Both the position numbers and the translations under genes were made by a program. Under the pieces are notes generated by a model. The model saw only the letters and a list, made by a program, of their open reading frames with translations. It was not told the DNA's origin and did no database searches. From a virus (taxonomy: Duplodnaviria; Heunggongvirae; Uroviricota; Caudoviricetes), in the IMG/VR virus record IMGVR_UViG_2802429226_000012, positions 1 to 7,863 of that record: a DNA stretch of 7,863 nucleotides, one strand, 5' to 3'. Within the stretch, counting starts at the first letter, position 1. Each line of letters opens with the position of its first letter. Shown here one piece after another: positions 1-7,569 of this stretch.

Positions 1-648
1 ATGGCAGCGACGCACACACTCCCTCTGGCGTCACCGGGCATGGCACGCATCTGCCTTTACGGGGATTTACAACGATTTGGCCGCCGCATCGACCTTCGTG
101 TAAAAACGGGGGCTGAAGCCATCCGGGCGTTGTCCACACAGCTCCCGGCGTTTCGTCAGAAACTGAATGAGGGCTGGTATCAGGTGCGCATTGCCGGGCG
201 TGATGCAGGCGAAAATGAATTATCTGCCCGTCTTAATGAGTCGCTGGCAAATGGTGCCGTGATCCACATTGTGCCGCGTCTGGCGGGAGCTAAAAGTGGC
301 GGTGTTTTTCAGGCAGTGCTGGGTGCGGCGCTGATTGCGGTGGCATGGTGGAACCCTGTGGGCTGGCTGGGTGCCGCGGCTGTATCGGGCATGTATGCGG
401 CAGGGGCCAGTATGATCCTGGGTGGTGTGGCCCAGATGCTGGCACCGAAAGCCCGGACGCCCACAGCGACCAGCACGGATAACGGTAAGCAGAACACCTA
501 TTTCTCATCACTGGATAACATGGTTGCCCAGGGCAATGTTCTGCCTGTTCTGTACGGTGAAATGCGCGTGGGGTCTCGTGTGGTTTCTCAGGAGATCAGC
601 ACGGCAGATGAAGGGGACGGTGGTCAGGTTGTGGTGATTGGCCGCTGA
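1..648 (+). CDS. I: Tail assembly protein I (lambda gpI-like); ATG at window position 1 appears to be the native start, stop TGA 646..648
   Basis: 215-aa ORF whose whole length (MAATHTLPLASPGMARICLYGDLQRFGRRIDLRV ... NGKQNTYFSSLDNMVAQGNVLPVLYGEMRVGSRVVSQEISTADEGDGGQVVVIGR) matches my recollection of lambda gpI; GC-rich, lies directly upstream of J as in lambda. Identity is from memory, not a search. Confidence 0.88.
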   Translation: MAATHTLPLASPGMARICLYGDLQRFGRRIDLRVKTGAEAIRALSTQLPAFRQKLNEGWYQVRIAGRDAGENELSARLNESLANGAVIHIVPRLAGAKSGGVFQAVLGAALIAVAWWNPVGWLGAAAVSGMYAAGASMILGGVAQMLAPKARTPTATSTDNGKQNTYFSSLDNMVAQGNVLPVLYGEMRVGSRVVSQEISTADEGDGGQVVVIGR

Positions 649-666
649 TGCAAAATATTTCATGTG

Positions 667-694
667 AAACCGCCTCCGGGCGGTTTTGTCGTTT
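667..694 (+). terminator. Short GC-rich hairpin (AAACCGCC-tccg-GGCGGTTT) followed by a T-rich tract in the I-J spacer; weak attenuator or mRNA-stabilising hairpin
   Basis: Perfect 8-bp inverted repeat with 4-nt loop at 667..686 followed by tgtcgttt. It sits within an operon between the I stop (648) and the J start (709), so it is probably not a full terminator. GGAG at 697..700 serves as RBS for J. Confidence 0.3.
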
Positions 695-708
695 ATGGAG
701 CATGACGA

Positions 709-3700
709 ATGGGCAAAGGAAGCAGTAAGGGGCATACCCCGCGCGAAGCGAAGGACAACCTGAAGTCCACGCAACTGCTGAGTGTGATTGATGCCATCAG
801 CGAAGGGCCGATTGAAGGTCCGGTGGATGGATTAAAAAGCGTGCTGCTGAACAGTACGCCGGTGCTGGACAGTGAGGGGAATACCAATATCTCCGGCGTC
901 ACGGTGGTGTTCCGGGCAGGCGAGCAGGAGCAGTCACCGCCGGAGGGATTTGAATCCTCCGGTTCCGAGACGGTGCTGGGTACGGAAGTGAAATATGACA
1001 CGCCGATCACCCGCACCATTACGTCGGCAAACATCGACCGTCTGCGCTTTACCTTCGGTGTACAGGCACTGGTGGAAACCACCTCAAAGGGTGACAGGAA
1101 TCCGTCGGAAGTCCGTCTGCTGGTTCAGATACAGCGTAACGGTGGCTGGGTGACGGAAAAAGACATCACCATTAAGGGCAAAACCACCTCGCAGTATCTG
1201 GCCTCGGTGGTGGTGGGTAACCTGCCGCCGCGCCCGTTTAATATCCGGATGCGCAGGATGACGCCGGACAGCACCACAGACCAGCTGCAGAACAAAACGC
1301 TCTGGTCGTCATACACCGAAATCATCGATGTGAAACAGTGCTACCCGAACACGGCACTGGTCGGCGTGCAGGTGGACTCGGAACAGTTCGGCAGCCAGCA
1401 GGTGAGCCGTAATTATCATCTTCGCGGGCGCATTCTGCAGGTGCCGTCGAACTATAACCCGCAGACGCGGCAATACAGCGGTATCTGGGACGGAACGTTT
1501 AAGCCAGCATACAGCAACAACATGGCCTGGTGTCTGTGGGATATGCTGACCCATCCGCGCTACGGCATGGGGAAGCGTCTCGGTGCGGCGGATGTGGACA
1601 AATGGGCGCTGTATGTCATCGGCCAGAATTGCGACCAGTCGGTGCCGGACGGCTTTGGCGGCACGGAGCCGCGCATCACCTGTAATGCGTACCTGACCAC
1701 ACAGCGCAAGGCGTGGGATGTGCTCAGTGATTTCTGCTCGGCGATGCGCTGTATGCCAGTATGGAACGGGCAGACGCTGACGTTCGTGCAGGACCGACCG
1801 TCGGATAAGGTGTGGACCTATAACCGCAGTAATGTGGTGATGCCGGATGATGGCGCACCGTTCCGCTACAGCTTCAGCGCCCTGAAAGACCGCCATAATG
1901 CCGTTGAGGTGAACTGGATTGACCCGAACAACGGCTGGGAGACGGCGACAGAGCTTGTGGAGGATACGCAGGCCATTGCCCGTTACGGTCGTAACGTCAC
2001 GAAGATGGATGCTTTTGGCTGTACCAGCCGGGGGCAGGCACACCGCGCCGGGCTGTGGCTGATTAAAACAGAACTGCTGGAAACGCAGACCGTGGACTTC
2101 AGCGTGGGGGCGGAAGGGCTTCGCCATGTACCGGGCGATGTCATTGAAATCTGCGATGATGACTATGCGGGTATCCGCATCGGCGGGCGCGTGCTTGCGG
2201 TAAACAGCCAGACCCGGACGCTGACGCTCGACCGTGAAATCACGCTGCCATCCTCCGGTACCACGCTGATAAGCCTGGTTGACGGAAGTGGCAATCCGGT
2301 CAGCGTGGAGGTTCAGTCCGTCACCGACGGCGTGAAGGTAAAAGTGAGCCGTGTTCCTGACGGTGTTGCTGAATACAGCGTATGGGGGCTGAAGCTGCCG
2401 ACGCTGCGCCAGCGTCTGTTCCGCTGTGTGAGTATCCGTGAGAACGATGACGGTACGTATGCCATCACTGCCGTGCAGCATGTACCGGAGAAAGAAGCCA
2501 TCGTGGATAACGGGGCGCACTTTGACGGCGACCAGAGTGGCACGGTGAATGGTGTCACGCCGCCAGCGGTGCAGCACCTGACTGCCGAAGTCACCGCAGA
2601 CAGCGGGGAATATCAGGTACTGGCGCGATGGGACACGCCGAAGGTGGTGAAGGGGGTGAGCTTTATGCTTCGCCTGACCGTGGCAGCGGATGACGGCAGT
2701 GAGCGGCTTGTCAGCACAGCCCGGACGACGGAAACCACATACCGCTTCAGGCAACTGGCGCTGGGGAACTACAGGCTGACAGTCCGGGCAGTAAATGCCT
2801 GGGGGCAGCAGGGGGATCCGGCGTCGGTATCGTTCCGGATTGCCGCACCGGCAGCGCCTGTCACTATTGAACTGATACCGGGGTATTTTCAGATAACGGC
2901 GGTCCCGAAACTGGCTGTATATGACCCGACGGTGCAGTTTGAGTTCTGGTTCTCGGAAAAGCAGATTATTGATATCAGGCAGGTTGAAACCAGCGCGCGT
3001 TATCTTGGTACGGCGCTGTACTGGATAGCCGCCAGTAGCAATATTAAGCCGGGTTATGATTATTACTTTTATATCCGCAGCGTGAACACCGTTGGTAAAT
3101 CGGCATTTGTGGAGGCCGTCGGTCGGGCGAGCGATGATGCGGAAGGTTATCTGAATTTTTATAAAGGGTTGATCAATAAAACGCATCTCGGCAAGGAGCT
3201 ACTGGAAAACTTTGAGCTGACGGAAGATAACGCCAGCAAACTGGAGGAGTTTTCGAAAGAGTGGAAAGACGCTAACGATAAATGGAATGCCATGTGGGGC
3301 GTCAAAATTGAGCAGACCAAAGACGGCAAACATTATGTCGCGGGTATTGGTCTCAGCATGGAGGACACGGAGGAAGGCAAGCTGAGCCAGTTTCTGGTTG
3401 CCGCTAACCGTATCGCGTTTATTGACCCGGCAAACGGGAATGAAACGCCGATGTTTGTGGCGCAGGGCAACCAGATATTCATGAACGACGTGTTCCTGAA
3501 GCGCCTGACAGCCCCCACCATTACCAGCGGTGGCAGTCCTCCGGTATTTTCCCTGACATCAGACGGAAAGCTGACCGCTAAAAATGCGGATATCAGTGGT
3601 AGTGTGAATGCGAACTCAGGAACGCTCAACAATGTCACGATTAACCAGAACTGTACGATTAAGGGCATGCTGGAGGCGACCCAGGTCAGAGGGGATTTCG

Positions 3701-4122
3701 TTAAAGCTGTATCAAAAGCCTTCCCGAAAAAAGTCGGTACGTGGGGTAACACGGAAACACCAAACGGTACGGTTACAGTCACCATCAGCGATGATCATAA
3801 CTTTGACCGCCAGATTATTATTCCGCCCATTATTTTTAACGGTATAGCGTATGACGATCCGGGGAGCGGAAATAACCCAGGAGGCACGCGATACACGGGT
3901 TATGGTTTTGAAGTTCGCAAAAACGGCGTATTAATCGCATCCAGAGAAACTAAAGGGGCCATTCCCGGTAGTTACAGTGCAGTTATTGATATGCCTAGTG
4001 GTGGTGGTAGCGTCACTCTGGAGTTTAAGGTTTTCCAGAAAGGCAATCAGGGGGCAGGCAATATCACCGACTGTACGGTGATTGTGACCAAAAAAGCCGC
4101 TTCCGGTATCAGTATCCGTTGA
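709..4122 (+). CDS. J: Host specificity protein J (central tail fibre / tail tip protein) with a divergent C-terminal receptor-binding region
   Basis: 1137-aa ORF; N-terminal and central sequence ([45 protein letters not shown] ... [43 protein letters not shown]) matches my recollection of lambda J (about 1130 aa). RBS GGAG 8 nt upstream of the ATG. The last roughly 130-150 aa (from about nt 3700) are AT-richer and do not match the lambda J C-terminus as I recall it. Confidence 0.95.
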   Translation: MGKGSSKGHTPREAKDNLKSTQLLSVIDAISEGPIEGPVDGLKSVLLNSTPVLDSEGNTNISGVTVVFRAGEQEQSPPEGFESSGSETVLGTEVKYDTPITRTITSANIDRLRFTFGVQALVETTSKGDRNPSEVRLLVQIQRNGGWVTEKDITIKGKTTSQYLASVVVGNLPPRPFNIRMRRMTPDSTTDQLQNKTLWSSYTEIIDVKQCYPNTALVGVQVDSEQFGSQQVSRNYHLRGRILQVPSNYNPQTRQYSGIWDGTFKPAYSNNMAWCLWDMLTHPRYGMGKRLGAADVDKWALYVIGQNCDQSVPDGFGGTEPRITCNAYLTTQRKAWDVLSDFCSAMRCMPVWNGQTLTFVQDRPSDKVWTYNRSNVVMPDDGAPFRYSFSALKDRHNAVEVNWIDPNNGWETATELVEDTQAIARYGRNVTKMDAFGCTSRGQAHRAGLWLIKTELLETQTVDFSVGAEGLRHVPGDVIEICDDDYAGIRIGGRVLAVNSQTRTLTLDREITLPSSGTTLISLVDGSGNPVSVEVQSVTDGVKVKVSRVPDGVAEYSVWGLKLPTLRQRLFRCVSIRENDDGTYAITAVQHVPEKEAIVDNGAHFDGDQSGTVNGVTPPAVQHLTAEVTADSGEYQVLARWDTPKVVKGVSFMLRLTVAADDGSERLVSTARTTETTYRFRQLALGNYRLTVRAVNAWGQQGDPASVSFRIAAPAAPVTIELIPGYFQITAVPKLAVYDPTVQFEFWFSEKQIIDIRQVETSARYLGTALYWIAASSNIKPGYDYYFYIRSVNTVGKSAFVEAVGRASDDAEGYLNFYKGLINKTHLGKELLENFELTEDNASKLEEFSKEWKDANDKWNAMWGVKIEQTKDGKHYVAGIGLSMEDTEEGKLSQFLVAANRIAFIDPANGNETPMFVAQGNQIFMNDVFLKRLTAPTITSGGSPPVFSLTSDGKLTAKNADISGSVNANSGTLNNVTINQNCTIKGMLEATQVRGDFVKAVSKAFPKKVGTWGNTETPNGTVTVTISDDHNFDRQIIIPPIIFNGIAYDDPGSGNNPGGTRYTGYGFEVRKNGVLIASRETKGAIPGSYSAVIDMPSGGGSVTLEFKVFQKGNQGAGNITDCTVIVTKKAASGISIR

Positions 4123-4142
4123 AATATTTATAACCCCAATAC

Positions 4143-4170
4143 GGGCGCCAGAAATGGCGCCTTTTTTATT
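4143..4170 (+). terminator. Rho-independent terminator-like hairpin immediately after J
   Basis: GGGCGCC-agaaat-GGCGCC stem-loop (4143..4161) followed by TTTTTTATTT (4162..4171), 21 nt after the J stop codon and 12 nt before the stf start. Confidence 0.55.
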
Positions 4171-4182
4171 TGTGGAGTGAGT

Positions 4183-6564
4183 ATGGCAGTACAGATTTCA
4201 GGTGTGCTGAAAGATGGTGCGGGAAAACCAATACAGAACTGCACTATTCAACTGAAGGCAAAGCGTAACAGCACCACGGTACTGGTGAACACGGTGGCCT
4301 CTGAAAATCCGGATGAAGCCGGGCGTTACAGCATTGATGTTGAGTATGGCCAGTACAGCGTTATCCTGCTGGTTGAAGGTTTTCCGCCTTCACATGCCGG
4401 GACCATTACCGTCTATGAAGGCTCCAGACCAGGTACGCTGAATGATTTTCTCGGTGCCATGACGGAAGATGATGTCATGCCGGAGGCATTGCGTCGTTTT
4501 GAGGAAATGGTGGAAGAAGCGGCACGCAACGCTGAAGCCGCCTCTCAGAGCGCAGCGGCGGCAAAGAAATCCGAAACTGCAGCGGCATCATCGAAGAATG
4601 CGGCGAAAACCTCAGAAACGAATGCAGCTAACAGCGCACAGGCGGCAGCGGCCTCGCAGACTGCATCGGCAAACTCCGCGACAGCAGCCAAAAAATCAGA
4701 AACCAACGCGAAAAACAGCGAGACAGCCGCAAAGACGAGCGAAACCAACGCAAAGTCCAGCCAGACAGCAGCGAAAACCAGCGAAACGAATGCCAAAGCC
4801 AGTGAAACTGCGGCGAAAAACAGCCAGGATGCAGCAGCCGAAAGCGAGAGTGACGCAGCTGGTTCTGCAAGTGCGGCGGCTTCTTCTGCCACTGCATCAG
4901 CCAACAGTCAAAAAGCTGCAAAAACCAGCGAAACCAACGCAAAGTCCAGCCAGACGGCAGCGAAAACCAGCGAAACGAATGCCAAAGCCAGTGAAACTGC
5001 GGCGAAAAGCAGTCAGGATGCAGCAGCCGAAAGCGAGAGTGCTGCAGCTGGCTCTGCAAGCGCGGCGGCTGCTTCTGCCACTGCATCAGCCAACAGTCAA
5101 AAAGCTGCAAAAACCAGTGAAACCAACGCAAAGGCGAGCGAGACTGCGGCGGCTAACTCGGCGAAAGCATCCGCTGCAAGCCAGACGGCTGCAAAAGCAA
5201 GTGAAGACGCAGCCAGAGAGTATGCAAGCCAGGCTGCGGAGCCGTATAAACAAGTATTGCAGCCGCTTCCCGATGTGTGGATACCGTTTAACGATTCACT
5301 GGATATGATTACGGGCTTTTCGCCGTCATATAAAAAGATTGTTATTGGTGATGATGAAATAACAATGCCTGGCGACAAGATTGTAAAGTTTAAACGCGCA
5401 TCAAAAGCAACTTACATTAATAAATCTGGTGTGCTGACAGAGGCTGCAATCGATGAACCTCGCTTTGAAAAGTATGGATTGCTGATTGAAGGGCAGCGTA
5501 CAAACCTGTTAATAAACAGCACAAATCCATCAAAGTGGAACAAGTCATCAAATATGATTTTAAATACATCAGGTGTAGATGATTTTGGTTTCCAGTACGC
5601 AAAATTCACATTAAAACCAGAAATGGTGGGGCAAACCTCAGCCATTTCTATTGTCACAGTATCTGGAAGCAAAGGATATGATGTTACCGGCGATGAAAAG
5701 TATGTAACTATCTCATGCAGGGTACAAAGTGGGACTCCAAATTTAAGATGTCGATTACGATTTGAAGAATATGATGGATCTACCTACAAATTCCTGGGTG
5801 ATGCTTACTTAAATATGACAGATTTATCGATTGATAAAACTGGCGGCGCTGCAAGTCGTATTACTGCAAGGGCTGTTAAAAATGAAGCAAGCAAATGGAT
5901 TTTCTTTGAGGCAACAATTAAGGCACTTGATACAGAAAATATGATCGGTGCGATGGTGCAATATGCACCACCAAAAGGGGGAAGCACTGGTGCAGATGAT
6001 TATATTTATGTTGCAACTCCTCAGGTCGAAGGCGGTTCGTGCGCTTCTTCGTTTATTATTACTGAGGCAACGCCAGTCACAAGAGCCAGTGATATGGTGA
6101 ATATACCAACAAATAACAATATCGGTACACCACCTTTAACATTTCTAGCTGAAGTTCATACAAACTGGAACGAAACGCCAAATGCAGCACCACGAATTTT
6201 TGATACCAGTGGTGGGAGCACAACTCCGGGTCAATATATAAGTGTTGCTATTAGTTCAACATTATTTCCTAGTGTTACGATGTACAATAAAAACGGTAGT
6301 ACAGTAGCCGCCGTATCGCCAGTATTATTTGAACAAAAATCTGTTCTTGGATTTGTTTTAAATGAATCTGGTAATGTGCATTTCGTTAGCAATGCTCAGC
6401 ATGGAACTCCTAAAACTACGGATCATGTCGGTGTTAAATCTGGTTATTTCTTCAGGATTGGTGGGCAGACTAATAGCGGCCTACGTCATCTTTTCGGTCA
6501 CATTCGTAATTTTCGTATATGGCATAAAGAATTAACCGATGCGCAAATGGGAGAGATAATATAA
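4183..6564 (+). CDS. stf: Side tail fibre protein (lambda Stf-like N-terminus; repeat-rich shaft; distinct C-terminal LamG/concanavalin-A-like receptor-binding domain)
   Basis: ORF track gives 4177..6564 from a GTG; I prefer the ATG at 4183 because the product then begins MAVQISGVLKDGAGKPIQNCTIQLKAKRNSTTVLVNTVASENPDEAGRYSIDVEYGQYSVIL, matching the lambda Stf N-terminus from memory, and GGAG at 4173..4176 is correctly spaced. Middle region has KTSETNAK-type Ala/Ser/Thr repeats. C-terminal end FGHIRNFRIWHKELTDAQMGEI resembles the C-terminal consensus of LamG-like (Laminin_G_3) domains (F-G-x-I-D-E-V-R-I-Y-N-R-A-L-S-x-x-E-I). Stop TAA 6562..6564. Confidence 0.85.
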   Translation: MAVQISGVLKDGAGKPIQNCTIQLKAKRNSTTVLVNTVASENPDEAGRYSIDVEYGQYSVILLVEGFPPSHAGTITVYEGSRPGTLNDFLGAMTEDDVMPEALRRFEEMVEEAARNAEAASQSAAAAKKSETAAASSKNAAKTSETNAANSAQAAAASQTASANSATAAKKSETNAKNSETAAKTSETNAKSSQTAAKTSETNAKASETAAKNSQDAAAESESDAAGSASAAASSATASANSQKAAKTSETNAKSSQTAAKTSETNAKASETAAKSSQDAAAESESAAAGSASAAAASATASANSQKAAKTSETNAKASETAAANSAKASAASQTAAKASEDAAREYASQAAEPYKQVLQPLPDVWIPFNDSLDMITGFSPSYKKIVIGDDEITMPGDKIVKFKRASKATYINKSGVLTEAAIDEPRFEKYGLLIEGQRTNLLINSTNPSKWNKSSNMILNTSGVDDFGFQYAKFTLKPEMVGQTSAISIVTVSGSKGYDVTGDEKYVTISCRVQSGTPNLRCRLRFEEYDGSTYKFLGDAYLNMTDLSIDKTGGAASRITARAVKNEASKWIFFEATIKALDTENMIGAMVQYAPPKGGSTGADDYIYVATPQVEGGSCASSFIITEATPVTRASDMVNIPTNNNIGTPPLTFLAEVHTNWNETPNAAPRIFDTSGGSTTPGQYISVAISSTLFPSVTMYNKNGSTVAAVSPVLFEQKSVLGFVLNESGNVHFVSNAQHGTPKTTDHVGVKSGYFFRIGGQTNSGLRHLFGHIRNFRIWHKELTDAQMGEII
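4726..5150 (+). repeat. In-frame tandem direct repeat, 189-bp unit (63 aa), about 2.2 copies, inside the stf shaft region; built from shorter roughly 42-bp (14-aa) sub-repeats
   Basis: gaaaccaacgcaaagtccagccagac occurs at 4741..4766 and 4930..4955; aaaaccagcgaaaccaacgcaaag at 4921..4944 and, with one mismatch, at 5110..5133 (offsets of 189). Copies are near-identical over most of the unit. Encoded repeat is AKTSETNAKSSQTAAKTSETNAKASETAAK[N/S]SQDAAAESES[D/A]AAGSASAAA[S/A]SATASANSQKA. Confidence 0.85.
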
Positions 6565-6845
6565 TGCGAGATTTAATTATCAAATTCACAGACAAGGCCG
6601 ACTTTTCGGCCTTTATGGATAGCATTGGTTATGACGATGACGAGGTGATGCAGAACAATGTTCTCATTGACGTGATAGGTAACGTGTATAAAGAAACCGG
6701 AGAACTGACTGAAGATGGCGAACCGGTATGTGTTAAGGAAGACGGATATTTTGTAAATGTGCGCATCATTAATGATGTGAAAACACCGTCAATGTTCGAT
6801 GAATACGCGGTTGTTGTTGAGCATCAACTTCGTGGCTGGATGTGA
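6564..6845 (+). CDS. Small strongly acidic protein of unknown function, translationally coupled to stf; occupies the position of a tail-fibre assembly gene but is not recognisably Tfa-like
   Basis: 93-aa ORF; ATG at 6564 overlaps the stf stop (TAATG). GGAGAG 8 nt upstream. About 21 Asp/Glu against about 8 Lys/Arg by my count. AT-rich codon usage like the stf C-terminal domain. No similarity to lambda Tfa that I can recognise. Confidence 0.6.
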   Translation: MRDLIIKFTDKADFSAFMDSIGYDDDEVMQNNVLIDVIGNVYKETGELTEDGEPVCVKEDGYFVNVRIINDVKTPSMFDEYAVVVEHQLRGWM

Positions 6846-6854
6846 GGCAGAAAA

Positions 6855-7559
6855 ATGGCTACATCGACAGTAATTCCAGGAGATATCACCACGCTAAAGG
6901 GAGAAGTCACTAAAACTAAGGAAGATATTTCCTCAATTAACGGAAAAGTATCAACGCTTCAGACTGATATGACCAGTGCAAAGCAGGATATCAGCTCCAG
7001 ATACACAAAAACTGAAGTTGATAATAAGCTGAAAAACAAAGTGGAAGCGAACGATCTGGAAAGCGGTCGTTATGGCGGTGATTTTTACCCGCTGACAGGT
7101 CGAGAAGCGTTTTATTTATGGAATTTGGCCACGACTACAGCGGCGGCAAACCTTTATCTTAATCCTGACCCCGCAATTTCGTCTGTACTGCGGTCAACAT
7201 CGTCTATTCGCTATAAACATTCAGTAGAGACGATAGATTCAGAGCACGCCGATCTCATTTTCAAGATGCGCCCTGTGTGGTACAGGTCGCAATGCGAAAA
7301 TGACAGGCGCGATTGGGGATTCTATGGATTGATTGCCGAGGAAGTAGGAGAAATTGCCCCTCAGTTTGTTCACTGGCGACCAGCTAACGAAGATGATGCA
7401 CCGGAAACCATTTCCAGCAATGGCCTTGTTGCCGAAGGTGTAATGTACGAACGTCTGGTTGTTCCACTGATTCACCATATCCAGAAACTGACTGAAAGAG
7501 TTGATGAACTTGAGTCAGAATTAAAGTTGTTATTAACTTCCCGAAGCGATATTGGATAA
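6855..7559 (+). CDS. Short tail-fibre-like protein with C-terminal peptidase S74 intramolecular chaperone (endosialidase-chaperone type) autoproteolytic domain
   Basis: 234-aa ORF. N-terminal half has fibre-shaft-like motifs (ITTLKGEVTKTKEDISSINGKVSTLQTDMTSAKQDISSRYTKTEVDNKLKNKVEANDL). C-terminal half (SSIRYKHSVETIDSEHADLIFKMRPVWYRSQ ... DWGFYGLIAEEVGEIAPQFV ... GLVAEGVMYERLVVPLIHHIQKLTERVDELESELKLL) fits the Peptidase_S74 consensus (S-D-x-x-L-K-E-N-I ... R-P-V-x-Y ... G-F-I-A-Q-E-V ... Y-x-x-L-V-P-L-L-I-x-A-I-K-E-L). Ser116 and Lys121 are spaced as in the catalytic Ser-Lys dyad. Confidence 0.8.
   Translation: MATSTVIPGDITTLKGEVTKTKEDISSINGKVSTLQTDMTSAKQDISSRYTKTEVDNKLKNKVEANDLESGRYGGDFYPLTGREAFYLWNLATTTAAANLYLNPDPAISSVLRSTSSIRYKHSVETIDSEHADLIFKMRPVWYRSQCENDRRDWGFYGLIAEEVGEIAPQFVHWRPANEDDAPETISSNGLVAEGVMYERLVVPLIHHIQKLTERVDELESELKLLLTSRSDIG
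7200..7556 (+). other. Peptidase S74 / intramolecular chaperone domain within the 6855..7559 CDS; predicted autocleavage at Ser116 (codon 7200..7202) with Lys121 (codon 7215..7217)
   Basis: Motif alignment to the S74 family consensus as described for the parent CDS; the S-x-x-x-x-K spacing matches the Ser/Lys dyad arrangement described for endosialidase C-terminal chaperone domains. Confidence 0.7.
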
Positions 7560-7569
7560 AGGAGGAGTC

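Noticed and set aside
290-1082. Several short minus-strand and alternative-frame ORFs overlapping I and the start of J
   Set aside because: They overlap strongly supported genes and are best explained as chance ORFs in GC-rich sequence.
1309-3186. 625-aa ORF on the minus strand, antisense to J
   Set aside because: It lies entirely within the well-supported J coding region. The product is Arg-rich and low-complexity, typical of a shadow ORF in GC-rich coding DNA, with no recognisable motifs.
3333-3847. Minus-strand 150-aa ORF and + strand 79-aa alternative-frame ORF inside J
   Set aside because: Both are fully embedded in J and have no independent support.
4177-4182. GTG at 4177 as stf start (as in the ORF track)
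   Set aside because: The ATG at 4183 gives an N-terminus (MAVQISGVLKDG...) matching lambda Stf and has a better-spaced GGAG RBS.
4469-5308. 279-aa Arg/Lys/Pro/Gln-rich ORF on the + strand in an alternative frame of stf
   Set aside because: Frame artefact of the Ala/Ser/Thr codon repeats; the stf frame carries the conserved Stf N-terminus and a continuous 795-aa ORF.
4545-5378. Minus-strand ORFs (119, 167 and 93 aa) across the stf repeat region
   Set aside because: Antisense artefacts of the repetitive GC-rich shaft sequence; low-complexity products and no start-site support.
7552-7569. TTG at 7552 as start of the last gene (as in the ORF track)
   Set aside because: It would overlap the upstream stop codon and sit upstream of the SD; the ATG at 7570 directly follows AAAGGAGGAG.
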